Source: Octopus sinensis
Taxonomy: Eukaryota
Direction of reading: 5' to 3'
NCBI RefSeq assembly: GCF_006345805.1
Contig: NC_043000.1
Coordinates: 154,256,001-154,320,000 of the forward strand
Length of the DNA stretch: 64,000 nt
Program-made: the position numbers and the translations under genes
Notes under the pieces: generated by a model
The model's input: the letters and a program-made list of their open reading frames with translations, nothing else
The model's database searches: none
Told to the model about the DNA's origin: nothing
Shown: positions 14,691 to 24,818 of the stretch, piece after piece
Layout: every line of letters begins with the position of its first letter
Position numbering within the stretch: position 1 is the first letter of the stretch

Positions 14691-15565
14691 TGTATATATA
14701 TAGTCAATGGTTCCAGTGTGAAACTTTTAATCCAAAGTTAGCACTGAACAAGAGGCAATTAGCAATGCTGCTGGCTAAAGAAATATTTACGCAAAAGAAT
14801 ATGTTAAGTAGTGCAGCGTAATCTCACTAGTTTGGTTAAATGCCACAGGGAGCATATAATATAAAAAGAAAAGAAAATCCTACAAGAAAACGAAGGTAAT
14901 TAACAGTGAAAATCAAATGATATATATCTAGATATATACAAGGAAGGGGAGATATTAGGCATTTTCTTCATTCATATACCATTATCCTAATGGCATTTAA
15001 TCAATGGTAATAGCTGTATTCAAACAGAGAAAATGAAAGTATTGTACTCCTGTTAGATGGGTTTAAAAAATAACACAAAAGGTCATCTGTTGAATTTAAT
15101 AGCAGAGAGTAAAATGCAGTGCTTCTCTGATAAGCAGAATATTATTCTTCCACTATCATAACATACGAGAAAAATAGATCTATAGCTGTTAGAAATGCAA
15201 GAGTTAAAGAAAAAAAAAAAATGTTGCATTTTCAATTATCATCATCATCATTATTTAATGTCCGCTTTCCATGCTGGCATGGGCTGGGCAGTTTGACTGA
15301 GGACTGACAAGCCAGAAGGCTGTACCAGCACTGCAGAAAATAAAATTCATAGATATAAGCATATATATATACTTTTTTACTTTTACTTGTTTCAGTCATT
15401 TGACTGTGGCCATGCTGGAGCACCGCCTTTAATCGAGCAACTCGATCCCGGGACTTATTCTTTTGGAAGCCCAGTACTTATTATATCGGTCTCTTTTGCC
15501 AAACCGCTAAGTAACAGGGACATAAACACACCAGCATTGGTTGTCAAGCAATGCTAGGGGGACAA

Positions 15566-15600
<35 letters not shown>

Positions 15601-15830
15601 CGACAGGCTTCTTTCAGTTTCCGTCTACCAAATCCAATCACAAGGCATTGGTTGGCTCGAGGCTATAGTAGAAGACACTTACCCAAGATGGCACGCACTG
15701 GGACTGAACCCAGAACCATGTGGTTGGTTAGCAAGCTACTTACCACACAGCCACTCCTGCGCCTATATGTATGTGTGTGTGTGTGTGTGTGTGTATGTGT
15801 GTGTGTGTGCACGTATACATACATCAACAC

Positions 15831-15867
<37 letters not shown>

Positions 15868-16500
15868 CAGATATGTGCTTGGCCACATGGCTAAGAAGTT
15901 TGTGCATATATAGAACTAAATAAAATGGTTCAATGATTATGCAACTACGCAAACTGCAAAAGCCATGTATAGATGTGTGGAATGTGCATATATAAATAAG
16001 TATTTGAATGTGGTTGTGTTTGTGTAGCTTTGTGCACACATATGGGGAAATTTGGCAAGAGTAAAACTGAATGTATTGCATAAGTGCATACACAGGAAAA
16101 GATAATATACGTGCTGATGGGAATATATGCAAGACACTATCTAAACACTTGTAGCAACAGACGCACCATACAGGTTATTTTTAAATGTATGTAATGCGAA
16201 AAGGAGTGAAACTAGGAGCATGTGCAAGATATGAAGATCTAACAAGACTGCTACAAAACCAGACAATATATAATACACAATTCGCAAAGGTTCATTAAAT
16301 AAATAAAGTTTAAACATTGCTACTATATAGGTGCAGGAGTGGCTGTGTGGTAAGTAGCTTGCTTACCAACCACACAGTTCCGGGTTCAGTCCCACTGCGT
16401 GGCACCTTGGGTAAGTGTCTTCTGCTATAGCCTCGGGCCGACCAAAGCCTTGTGAGTGGATTTGGTAGACGGAAACTGAAAGAAGCCCGTTGTGTGTATG

Positions 16501-16559
<59 letters not shown>

Positions 16560-18742
16560 TTGTGTGTCTGTGTTTGTCTCCCCAACATCGCTTGACAACA
16601 GATGCTGGTGTGTTTACATCCCCGTTACTTAGCGGTTCGGCAAAAGAGACTGATAGGATAAGTACTAGGCTTACAAAGAATAAGTCCTGGGGGTCGATTT
16701 GCTTGACTAAAAAGGCGGTGCTCCAGCATGGCCGCAGTAAAATGACTGAAACAAGTAAAAGAGAAAAGAGAAAGAGAATATCCTTACCCTTTATTCATTC
16801 TGGCCTTTTCTGAAAAGGTCTTTGGACGCAACAGCAGATTGAAAGCTTCCTTGGTAGGTTTATGAGGACCATTGAGCAATATTTGCTCATAGCCTCCATC
16901 TAAGTGCAGGCTGTGCATTGATCCTGCAAAATAGCTGTTGTTGGCATTAAATGTGTTTTGAGGAGAGTTGGATGATAAACTATGTACGCTACCAGGACTG
17001 TGATGTAACGTGCTCTGAAACGAGACATAAGTGATGAAATTAAGTCATTGGAAAACATAAGAAGTTTATATTTATTCACATTGTACCAGTATCTAGTCAC
17101 ACACACACAGAGTTTTATATAATGGCAGGAGTGGAAGAGGATAAAGTATGGAGTACTAAGTCGCAATGAAAGTGTCTCGTATCTGGGCAGCACAATTATA
17201 TATATACCTCAGTTGATCTAGCTGTCAGACAGAGACAGAGATATCTAATCTAAGGATGTTACCAGCAAAGGATGTTATGTCTATGAAGAGATTAATCTTG
17301 CCTGCGTAATACCATGAAACCTGATCTCAGGTTTGTCCCAATTAGGATACTTTGAAAACATTCACATTTTTTTATATGCAATGTTTGCACAAATAAGTAG
17401 TCATTCATAAATAATGTTGGGAGACAAATGCTCAAATACAAGCATATAGCAACAGATACTCCAAACAAGTTACCATTTGTTTCAAATATAACTCACATTC
17501 CAGCAATGTGGATAGTTACTAGAGGCTATAGAAAAGTCTATAAAACATATCCAAGCTAATGGAATTTGATAATGCATTTTCAGTTGATGTTCACCAAAAT
17601 TTCTATTCTCTGTATTTCAGAAACAATTAAATCAGTCATCTATCTTCAATACTAAACTAAATTAATCTTATTTCTTCAAAAATGCTAACAAACACCCTGT
17701 ACTGCTGTCATCAGCAGTAAAGACTATCTTTGGAAATGAATATAGAATGGTTCAGCCTTAAGAAGCCAATCTTTTTCTAATCTATAACCACAATTAACAG
17801 TGCCAAATTTGAATTGCCCAGCAAACTAACAAAATATTTATACAATCTTCCGACTGACTTTAACAGTAAACTATTTACAGCTAGATAGGCTGCACTATTT
17901 AAGAGTTAGATATTTGGGATGTGGATTCAATAGAGCTATGATGAAGCTAACAAACCTGCATCACTTCATCCTGCAGTCCATCTATAGCAGTGCTTTTCAA
18001 ACTTTTTGCTGGAGCGGAACCCCAAGGAAACATTCCACTGGCTCAAGGAACCCCTGTGCAATAATTTAATAGTCTTATGCACACATATCTGCACAGGAGA
18101 ATTAAAAATTACTGCCGATTTTAGCAGTTTTGTAACTTCTTGCGGAACCCCTGGACTGTACTGGCGGAACCCTAAGGTTCCATGGAACCCTGGTTGAAAA
18201 CCACTGATCTATAGTTACAACACAATAAGCAGAGAGGAATGGATGGCAGAATTGGTAGAGTATCAGACAAAACATTTATTTCTTGAATTCAAATGCTATT
18301 CAGGTTGACATTGCGATTTGACAAATTGTGGGTCAATATTAGTGATTATACCCTTGACAGGTGCTACTCAATATAGATGACCATAGTGAAATGGCTAAAA
18401 TCAGTAAAACAGGTGTATCGTTGTTCAAGATTATTTGGAAAGGATTCAACATTCTTCATTCATGCTTGATTTGCTTAGCTTGTACATTCTTTTGTTTCAC
18501 AGAACAAAAAGAAAACAAGACAATTGTCTGAACACAACATACCTGTGGTGAGCGGTTTGAGTGAGGGCTGTAAAAATCAAGACTATTTGAGGAGTTATTG
18601 TGGCTGTTTGGAGAATCAACATACGGACTCATTGGTTGCTTTTGTCGATGACGTTTATGTTGAACAGGGATAAGTGTGTTTTTCTTCAGATCATCTTTTT
18701 CTAATTTCCTCATCAGCGAAAGTTCTTCAGGATGGCGGATTC
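1398..18742 (-). CDS. FERMT2: Kindlin/fermitin family gene (FERMT1-3/unc-112 homolog), partial: join(18742..18543,17014..16788,13445..13343,5775..5668,1582..1398)
   Basis: Five GT-AG exons with consistent phases (1-0-2-0-0-2) give an 823-nt open frame. It contains hallmark kindlin motifs [76 protein letters not shown] and DDIDSAL..L..SLEG...DIT.VPEL..FIKIFK. The symbol denotes the family; invertebrate kindlins are not one-to-one orthologs of FERMT2. Confidence 0.96.
1633..2025 (-). mobile_element. S1 tRNA-derived SINE (~400 bp)
   Basis: Reverse complement of the family consensus aggcgcaggagtggctgtgtgg (A box) ...ggttcagtccc (B box) ...(TA)n... gactgaaacaagtaaaagagt. Confidence 0.9.
2481..2560. 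repeat. (TG)n microsatellite
   Basis: Near-pure TG run. Confidence 0.95.
2673..3040 (-). mobile_element. S1 SINE
   Basis: Matches the other S1 copies over its full length. Confidence 0.9.
4218..4427. mobile_element. M1 piggyBac-type MITE
   Basis: ttaa|CCCCTTCGTTAC ... GTAATGAAAGGG|ttta. Internal sequence shared with copies at 22030, 24108, 39655 and 43370. Confidence 0.8.
5668..5775 (-). CDS. FERMT2: Kindlin exon (108 nt, phase 0-0): F2 subdomain
   Basis: Acceptor (t)n-aaag|TAT, donor CAG|gtgaga. Translation [36 protein letters not shown]. Confidence 0.96.
6186..6332 (+). mobile_element. CR1/L2-type LINE extreme 3' fragment
   Basis: Near-identical to 10435-10540 (..[14 protein letters not shown] plus 3' UTR). 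Ends in an (AACT)n tail. Confidence 0.75.
6541..6960 (+). mobile_element. S1 SINE
   Basis: Full length, with short TSD aactct(a). Confidence 0.92.
7222..7318. repeat. (TG)n microsatellite
   Basis: About 48 TG units. Confidence 0.95.
7484..8186. repeat. ~700-bp GA-rich polypurine tract
   Basis: (GA)n mixed with GGAGAAA and GAAA units, almost no pyrimidines on plus. Confidence 0.95.
8780..9560. repeat. TA/CA-rich minisatellite, unit ~55-65 bp, about 13 copies
   Basis: Recurring core catgtatacagaaacacatactatatacatt separated by variable (TA)/(CA) runs. Confidence 0.9.
9965..10185 (+). mobile_element. S2-related tRNA SINE (variant 3' end)
   Basis: ggcagtgagctggc head, gagttcaaattcc B box, ctttgcgtttcatccttt core. 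Confidence 0.75.
10280..10540 (+). mobile_element. CR1/L2-clade LINE 3' fragment (ORF2 C-terminus pseudogenized)
   Basis: 10280-10492 translates [69 protein letters not shown]. This is the RGH..KL/FS.RV...WN.LP motif typical of CR1/L2 ORF2 ends. The internal TGA is compatible with CpG decay of CGA. Confidence 0.85.
11124..11353 (+). mobile_element. S2 tRNA-derived SINE (~230 bp)
   Basis: Full length. TSD ggtaaaata(g) on both sides. Confidence 0.9.
11952..12203 (+). mobile_element. S3 retroposon 3' part
   Basis: Family core ending gcatggaaagcggacgctaaa(tga)n. Confidence 0.85.
13343..13445 (-). CDS. FERMT2: Kindlin exon (103 nt): F1/F2 junction
   Basis: Acceptor ttcccccacag|A, donor AAG|gttagt. 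Translation [34 protein letters not shown]. Confidence 0.96.
13531..13700 (+). mobile_element. Old degraded tRNA-headed SINE (S4)
   Basis: tatggcttaatggtta A-box-like and ggtttcaattccc B-box-like motifs followed by gtgttgttcttgagcaaaatactt. Related copy at about 5068-5170. Confidence 0.55.
13869..14096 (+). mobile_element. S2 SINE
   Basis: Full length. TSD atatataaaatcct. Confidence 0.9.
15371..15764 (-). mobile_element. S1 SINE
   Basis: Full-length family match. Confidence 0.9.
16329..16777 (+). mobile_element. S1 SINE abutting a kindlin donor site
   Basis: Full length. Tail ends about 11 nt from the exon boundary at 16788. Confidence 0.92.
16788..17014 (-). CDS. FERMT2: Kindlin exon (227 nt): F1 loop and F1 C-part
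   Basis: Acceptor tcgtttcag|AGC, donor GG|gtaagg. Translation [75 protein letters not shown](G). Not in the supplied ORF track in this frame. Confidence 0.93.
17988..18206. mobile_element. hAT (Charlie-like) MITE, 219 bp
   Basis: TIR CAGTGCTTTTCAA / TTGAAAACCACTG. Perfect 8-bp TSD ATCTATAG (17980-17987, 18207-18214). Confidence 0.92.
18543..18742 (-). CDS. FERMT2: Kindlin exon (200 nt): end of F1 N-part and start of F1 loop
   Basis: Acceptor ttctttctcag|GA, donor CAG|gtatgt. Translation (G)[66 protein letters not shown]. Confidence 0.95.
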
Positions 18743-18952
18743 CTGAGAAAGAAAAAATTGAAGAGTTTATATAAAATATAATTACTGGGTACTCATTTAA
18801 GACTTCTTGAATGCTCTCAAATTCATACCTATGTTTGCTTAATCTCTAATTAGACAAATATGAGATAACAGAGTTCTAACCTGATACACTATGTTATAAG
18901 GTTATCACATGCAAGACAAGATGGAAATTTAGCTGCATATCCATGTTATTAA

Positions 18953-19151
18953 CCCTTTAATGTTCATATTACTGTCAAATGTTATTTTATTCATATTATT
19001 TTGAATTAATCACGCATTATCTTGTAGCTGTAAGATTTTGATGTGATTGTTAATTCTTAGAATGACATTGTAGGGTAGGTGTGACATGCCAGATCTGGCC
19101 AGTTTTAGCAAAATATTTGGGCTGGATACGACCAGTTTAAATGCTAAGGAG
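18953..19151. mobile_element. M2 piggyBac-type MITE
   Basis: ttaa|CCCTTT ... AAGGAG|ttaa. Homologous to the copy at 62015-62234. Confidence 0.8.
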
Positions 19152-20099
19152 TTAAGTTTGCTTCACAACGATGAGATTTCAGATTTGTCCCCACAGATTG
19201 GTGCCATGAGCAGGTCTCTTCCACACTTGCTTCAAGTTAACCAGTTCCCTGAAGAATGGAAATTGGTAGATGGAAATTAAGAAACCTTTGTGTATGTTTA
19301 CAAGCAGACACAAATGTGTGCATATTTTACCAGTATCTTGAAACTGGTTATAAAGATGCTAGTGTCTAGTGAAAATATGTCTGGCTATAAAGGTGTTCAC
19401 CATTTAAAGGATTAGGGAAAATAGCTTACTTGAAAACAAATGGGAGTTAGGTACATGAAGGGCATCCAGATGATGAAAAACTAAGTTTTGACTGACAAAT
19501 GCCAGCATGGAGAAGAGGACATTAAAATGGTGATAATTAAGCAAGCCTATGAGACAACTAAATAAATTTTACTGCCTTGCTATTCTAATGGCTTCAGAAA
19601 ATTTATAGCCTTAGCTCCATAGCTACAATCCAAATAATTTAAAATATGGATTCACAAGAAAATATCTCACTGTCATTAGATAAACTAAAATAACCACTCT
19701 CAGAACAGAATACAAATAACTTAGAATATACAAATTATACCAACTAATCTCATCACTGAAAGGCATAATTGGTGTGGAAGAAACTTCTGTTAACAACTGA
19801 GATGGTTTATTTGGTTCTCTATAAACAGTTTAAAGAATCTCAAATTACAATCTTCTCCATTCTTTACAGAATAAAATTGAATCAGGACTAGTTTTGCACA
19901 GTCTGAATCTAAGACCTGAAAAGAGATTGATTTATCAGGGAAAGACAAAACCAATATGTAATAGTAACTGAATAGAAGCTTATCTATGGTGGCTATTCAA
20001 ATTGGTTTTAGAGCCACGTAATGAAATTACTACTATGAGTTAGGATATGTAAGCAGACATTTAAAACCTAGAATAAATATTTCAAAAATTTAAAGGAAA

Positions 20100-20244
20100 C
20101 ATCATCATCATCATCGTTTAGTGTCCGTTTTCCATGCTAGCATGGGTTGGACGGTTCAACTGGGGTCTGTGAAGCCGGAAGGCTTCATCAGGCCCAGTCA
20201 GATCTGGCAGTGTTTCTACGGCTGGATGCCCTTCCTAATGCCAC
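20100..20244 (-). mobile_element. S3 3' fragment
   Basis: (CAT)n plus family core, 5'-truncated. Confidence 0.8.
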
Positions 20245-20864
20245 AACAGTAGCAGTATATTCTATACTGAATTTGAATTCTTCCAAAGTCCAACATATGA
20301 ATGAAAATTCTTTTTCTTTTGACATTCAAACAACTTACACGATATCTAAACACAATAAATGAATGACAAATAGAGTTTGCTGATGACAAAAAAAAATAAA
20401 TATATACATACAAGAAAAACAATATAAAACAAGTACAACGCCACATTTAACTATAACTAAGACTTGCAAAGTGATGCTATCAAAAATAATTACACTTATA
20501 AAATTTCCCAATGTTCAATATAATTTTTATATCATTATTAACATAGTTGAATTTAAAACGGTACAATAAATCTCTCTGCAATCTGCATAAAAGTTGGTCT
20601 TGTACATGCTCAAGCTACCATTAAAAATCTCATTGTGCTACATGATGTTGTTTTAAAGTAGGGTGGAAATATGTAACATATAATCAGAAACAATAGTCAG
20701 AAGAAGTCAAATAATTAAAAACTGTTCTTAGATCAAGTACTTGGGTGGCTTACCATTGCCATCACATAGTCAAAATGTGCAAAAAGAAACATTTGCTCAA
20801 TTATATAATATTCATGTATATTTACAGCTAAGTAGACTGAGTCAGCAAGAGTTAATTGTATTAA

Positions 20865-21083
20865 CCCTTTAGTATTTAAACCAGCCATATCCGGCCAAAA
20901 TAGTTCATCTGTTATATGTTCAAACTGACCAGATCCAGGCTCTCACACCTACCCTACAATGTTATTCTACATTAAGTAATTACACCATCAAGATCTTAAA
21001 GATATGAGATAATGCATGATTAATTCAAATCAATGGGAATCAATAGGCATTATGTTTGATTGAATAATCTGAACGCTAAAGGG
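20865..21083. mobile_element. M2 piggyBac-type MITE
   Basis: TTAA|CCCTTTAG ... CTAAAGGG|TTAA. Confidence 0.9.
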
Positions 21084-21577
21084 TTAAACATGCATTTACA
21101 TTTGAATATATTGTAACATTTCTGATAGCAAATTTCAAACAAGCATTCTGAAATTGGCTAACTTTTCTCTTTTTATTTTAAAACAAAAAAATTTCAGAAA
21201 TTACTTTTTTATCTTCAGAGAACTGATTATAACTGCCACCATAGAAAAGAACAGGGTTGGAAGAAGCAAGGGAGATAGAAATGGCTTAAATTTAAATAAA
21301 GGTCAGAGACAAAAATGTATCAGAAGAGAAATTGCTCTTCCATGTGACCTTTAATTATGTACTCTGCAGTGATAACATATACAGAGTTGTGACAGTTCTA
21401 ATACTTCTAGATTTGACAACAGCATTTACAGAGACAGACACACATCTAAAGAACCTGTGAATTGTCATAACAAGCTTGCATGTTGACAACCATATGCAGA
21501 GTGTAGGCTGTGTCGCTTTGTCAATACATTTTTATAAAGATGCATATATATATATATGATTTATGCCTAAGGGTTAA

Positions 21578-21784
21578 CCCTTTAGTATTTAAACTGGCCA
21601 TATCCAGCCAAAATATTTAATCTGTTTTATGTTCAAACTGACCAGATCCAGGCTCTCACACCTACCCCTACATTAGGTAATTACACCATCAAGATCTTGA
21701 AGATATGAGATAATGCATGATTAATTCAAATCAATGGGAATCAATAAGCATTATGTTTGATAGAATAATCAGAACACTAAAGGG
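21578..21784. mobile_element. M2 piggyBac-type MITE
   Basis: TTAA|CCCTTTAG ... CTAAAGGG|TTAA. Very similar to 20865-21083. Confidence 0.9.
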
Positions 21785-22029
21785 TTAATTTTGTGCATAA
21801 ATTATTGTCTATGTATACACACACATCTCAGTTGATTTGTATAGAATAGGTACAGTTGTAGATCATGTAGAAATGTCTTAAGCAAAGAGCTTAAAATTAT
21901 GTCAGGGAAATGATTACAAGGTGTTTTGTATTACTTATCTGATAATGAAGCCACTAAACATAATAACCACAAGCTATTAAAATCATTGCTATTTCAGTTT
22001 AATGAAGAATGCAGGGTTTCACTTGTTAA

Positions 22030-22242
22030 CCCTTTCGATACCAACCTGGCTGAAACTGCCTTTGTAATACAAATGTCTTGTTTCCACAAGTTTTGAATGA
22101 AAATCTTCCAAACTTTAGTCACAATTTATGTTCCTAACACCAGCTTAATGGTAACCAAGTTATTTTATTAAATTCTTTGTTATATTTAAAATTAATTGAA
22201 AGAAACACAGAGCATCTCAAAATAAATATGGTAACAAAAGGG
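22030..22242. mobile_element. M1 piggyBac-type MITE
   Basis: TTAA|CCCTTTCGATAC ... GTAACAAAAGGG|TTAA. Confidence 0.88.
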
Positions 22243-23344
22243 TTAATAGTAAGCCTTGATCTCAGTAGCACAAAAAAAGTTAAATTTCTTAAAACCCATA
22301 TAATGCTTAGCTTTCAGCAGTTTGCTAAACCTAACTGTTACCTATTTAACAGCAAGGGAGTGTTAGATGTCTTAGTTAAGGATACAACACTAGACTGCTG
22401 AGTGAACTAATTAGACTAGGGGTGAGACTACCCTTTTATTTTACCAGCCAGACAACACTGACAATTTTTGCACGTTTTGCAGTAGTACTGAAGATTAATT
22501 GTGAAAGCTTTCTTACATTTATGAGAAGCTCACTCAAGTTCACTGTACAATCACACAGACTTGTAACATAATAGGCAAATATTTGGTAGGACAGCTTTAT
22601 GTTGAACATTGCCTTTTTTGGAAAAATTTGGAAGACAAAAACTGAAAAGCAACCCATTTATTAAAACTATTATTATTAATTTTATTGTTAGCAACCTTTA
22701 ATCTTTATATCTTGCTTAACATGGTTGTATTGTAGAACACCCTATATTACCAATATATTCACCTTGAGAGATACTCTCAGAGATGTCTAGTGTTAAGAAA
22801 CACAGAAATATTGGAAGCAGACAAGAATAATCTAGCTAGTATTAGTAGAACTGCTAGATCACATGATTTCAGCAAGCTTGCACTTCATCAGCAGCAAGCA
22901 ACCAGTAAAACCAATGCCTTCAAACAAAAATACTTGTTCTGCCTAAGTTGCACTGGCATCCCCTTATCATTTCTCATCATCATCATCATAACATATAAAC
23001 AGCACTACTGTTAACAAAATGAAATGAATAATTTAATCGTGCAGGTAGAGTCTGGTTATTTCCCTATACCTAAGTGTTTCATGCAATTGATGTTCATCAA
23101 GTGCAAAGAGTCTGAAATAATTGTTTCTAATTAGGGTACGAGGCTTGAAATTTGGTGTGGGGCTGGAGTTTAGTCAATTACATTATCTCCAGTATATAAC
23201 AGGTACTTTATTTATTGACCCCAGGGAGAGGAAAGCAAAGTTAATGAAATGGAGTAGTTGTTTAGAATATCAAGGTGTTTCTCTCATTCTTTCATGTTTT
23301 AGTGCAGCCAGGCTTTTTTTTTTTTTTTTAGCCTGGTATTTCTA

Positions 23345-23557
23345 TTGACCTATTTTGTTGAACTGCTAAGTTACCAAGCATAAGTGCGCATGCACACACA
23401 AATAAATAGCCTTATTTCAGTTTCTGTCTATCAAATTCACTAACAAGACTTTGGTCGGCTCCAGGCTATAGTAGAAGGTTCTTTCCCAAAGTGCCATGCA
23501 GTGGAACTGAACCCAGAACCATGTAGTTAGGAAGCAAACTTTGTACCACACAGCCAC
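23345..23557 (-). mobile_element. Older, diverged S1-like SINE fragment
   Basis: Diverged match to the S1 5' half (gaactgaacccagaaccatgt...accacacagccac). Confidence 0.7.
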
Positions 23558-24107
23558 ATTTGTACATATGCAGGGCAGAGTAGCTTTTAATTGGATGAGT
23601 GATTAGTGAAGTGGTTGTGATAGGTTATGTGGTTGGCAGTGTCACCAATCAAATCCATTTCTATTAACCAATGTGAACATCTATCTTAGTTAATAATTAT
23701 ATGTAGAGACATTGAAACAGTGAAAAATAACTCACTACAATTATAGAGACTATAAAATTTAGTTTTACAAAGAGTAATTAAAGTTTCAAAAAATTTCACT
23801 GATGGTCTGCTTCAAACATCAGCAAAAGTCGAAAGTCACTTAATATTTTCTGCCTGGTTTATAATACATCCATTTTCTCTATATGCTAGAAAGTTTCTAT
23901 GAAAATGAAAAACTGAATGCTCAACTAATGCTCAAAAGTACAAAGTGTAACCACACCTGAACTGTAACGCTTTTTATAAGCAGAAAAAAATCATTGGCTA
24001 AAAACAGCCAGTTAATACTATATCTACTACAAACAAATGAGATGAAGTGATATTTGAAAAGGCCTGCAAAAACCATGGGCAAAGCACTTTTTTCCAAACC
24101 AAACCAA

Positions 24108-24323
24108 TTTGTTACCAACCCGGCTGAAACCGGCTCTGGCTCTGAGTACAAATGTCTTGTTTTCATAAGTTTTGAATCAAAATCTTCCACCAAACCTTAG
24201 TTGTAATTTATGTGACTAACATTAGCTGAATGATAACCAAGTTATTTTATTAAATTCTTTGTTATATTTAAAGTAATTGAAAGAAACACAGAGCATCTCA
24301 ACAGAAATACAGTAATGAAAGGG
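24108..24323. mobile_element. M1 piggyBac-type MITE (left end degraded)
   Basis: Internal family sequence. Right end GAAAGGG|TTAA. Confidence 0.8.
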
Positions 24324-24426
24324 TTAAAATGAAATGAATAAAAATAGCTTGGCACCAGCCATCTTCATCCAAGATGAAACTGCAGAGCAATGATGACGTA
24401 ACTGAAGAATTTTTAACATTTCACAT

Positions 24427-24818
24427 AGGCGCAGGAATGGCTGTGTGGTAAGTAGCTTGTTTACCAACCATATGGTTCTGGGTTCAGTCCCACTGTGTGG
24501 CACCTTGGGCAAGTGTCTTCTATTATAGCCTCGGGCCGACCAAAGCCTTGTGAGTGGATTTGGTAGACGGAAACTGAAAGAAGCCTGTCGTATATATGTA
24601 TATATATATATATATGCGTGTTTGTGTGTTTGTCCCCCGAGCATTGCTTGACAACCAATGCTGGTGTGTTTACATCCCCGTTACTTAGCGGTTCGGCAAA
24701 AGAGACCGATAGAATAAGTACTGGGCTTACAAAAGAATAAGTCCCGGGGTCGATTTGCTCGACTAAAGGCGGTGCTCCAGCATGGCCGCAGTCAAATGAC
24801 TGAAACATGTAAAAGAGT
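24427..24818 (+). mobile_element. S1 SINE flanked by a ~161-bp direct repeat
   Basis: Full length. Flanks 24266-24426 and 24820-24982 are near-identical. Confidence 0.92.

Noticed and set aside
24390-24405. C box (ATGATGA) and D box (CTGA) inside the 161-bp duplication
   Set aside because: The boxes are only about 5 nt apart and on the strand opposite to the host gene, which is incompatible with an intronic C/D snoRNA.
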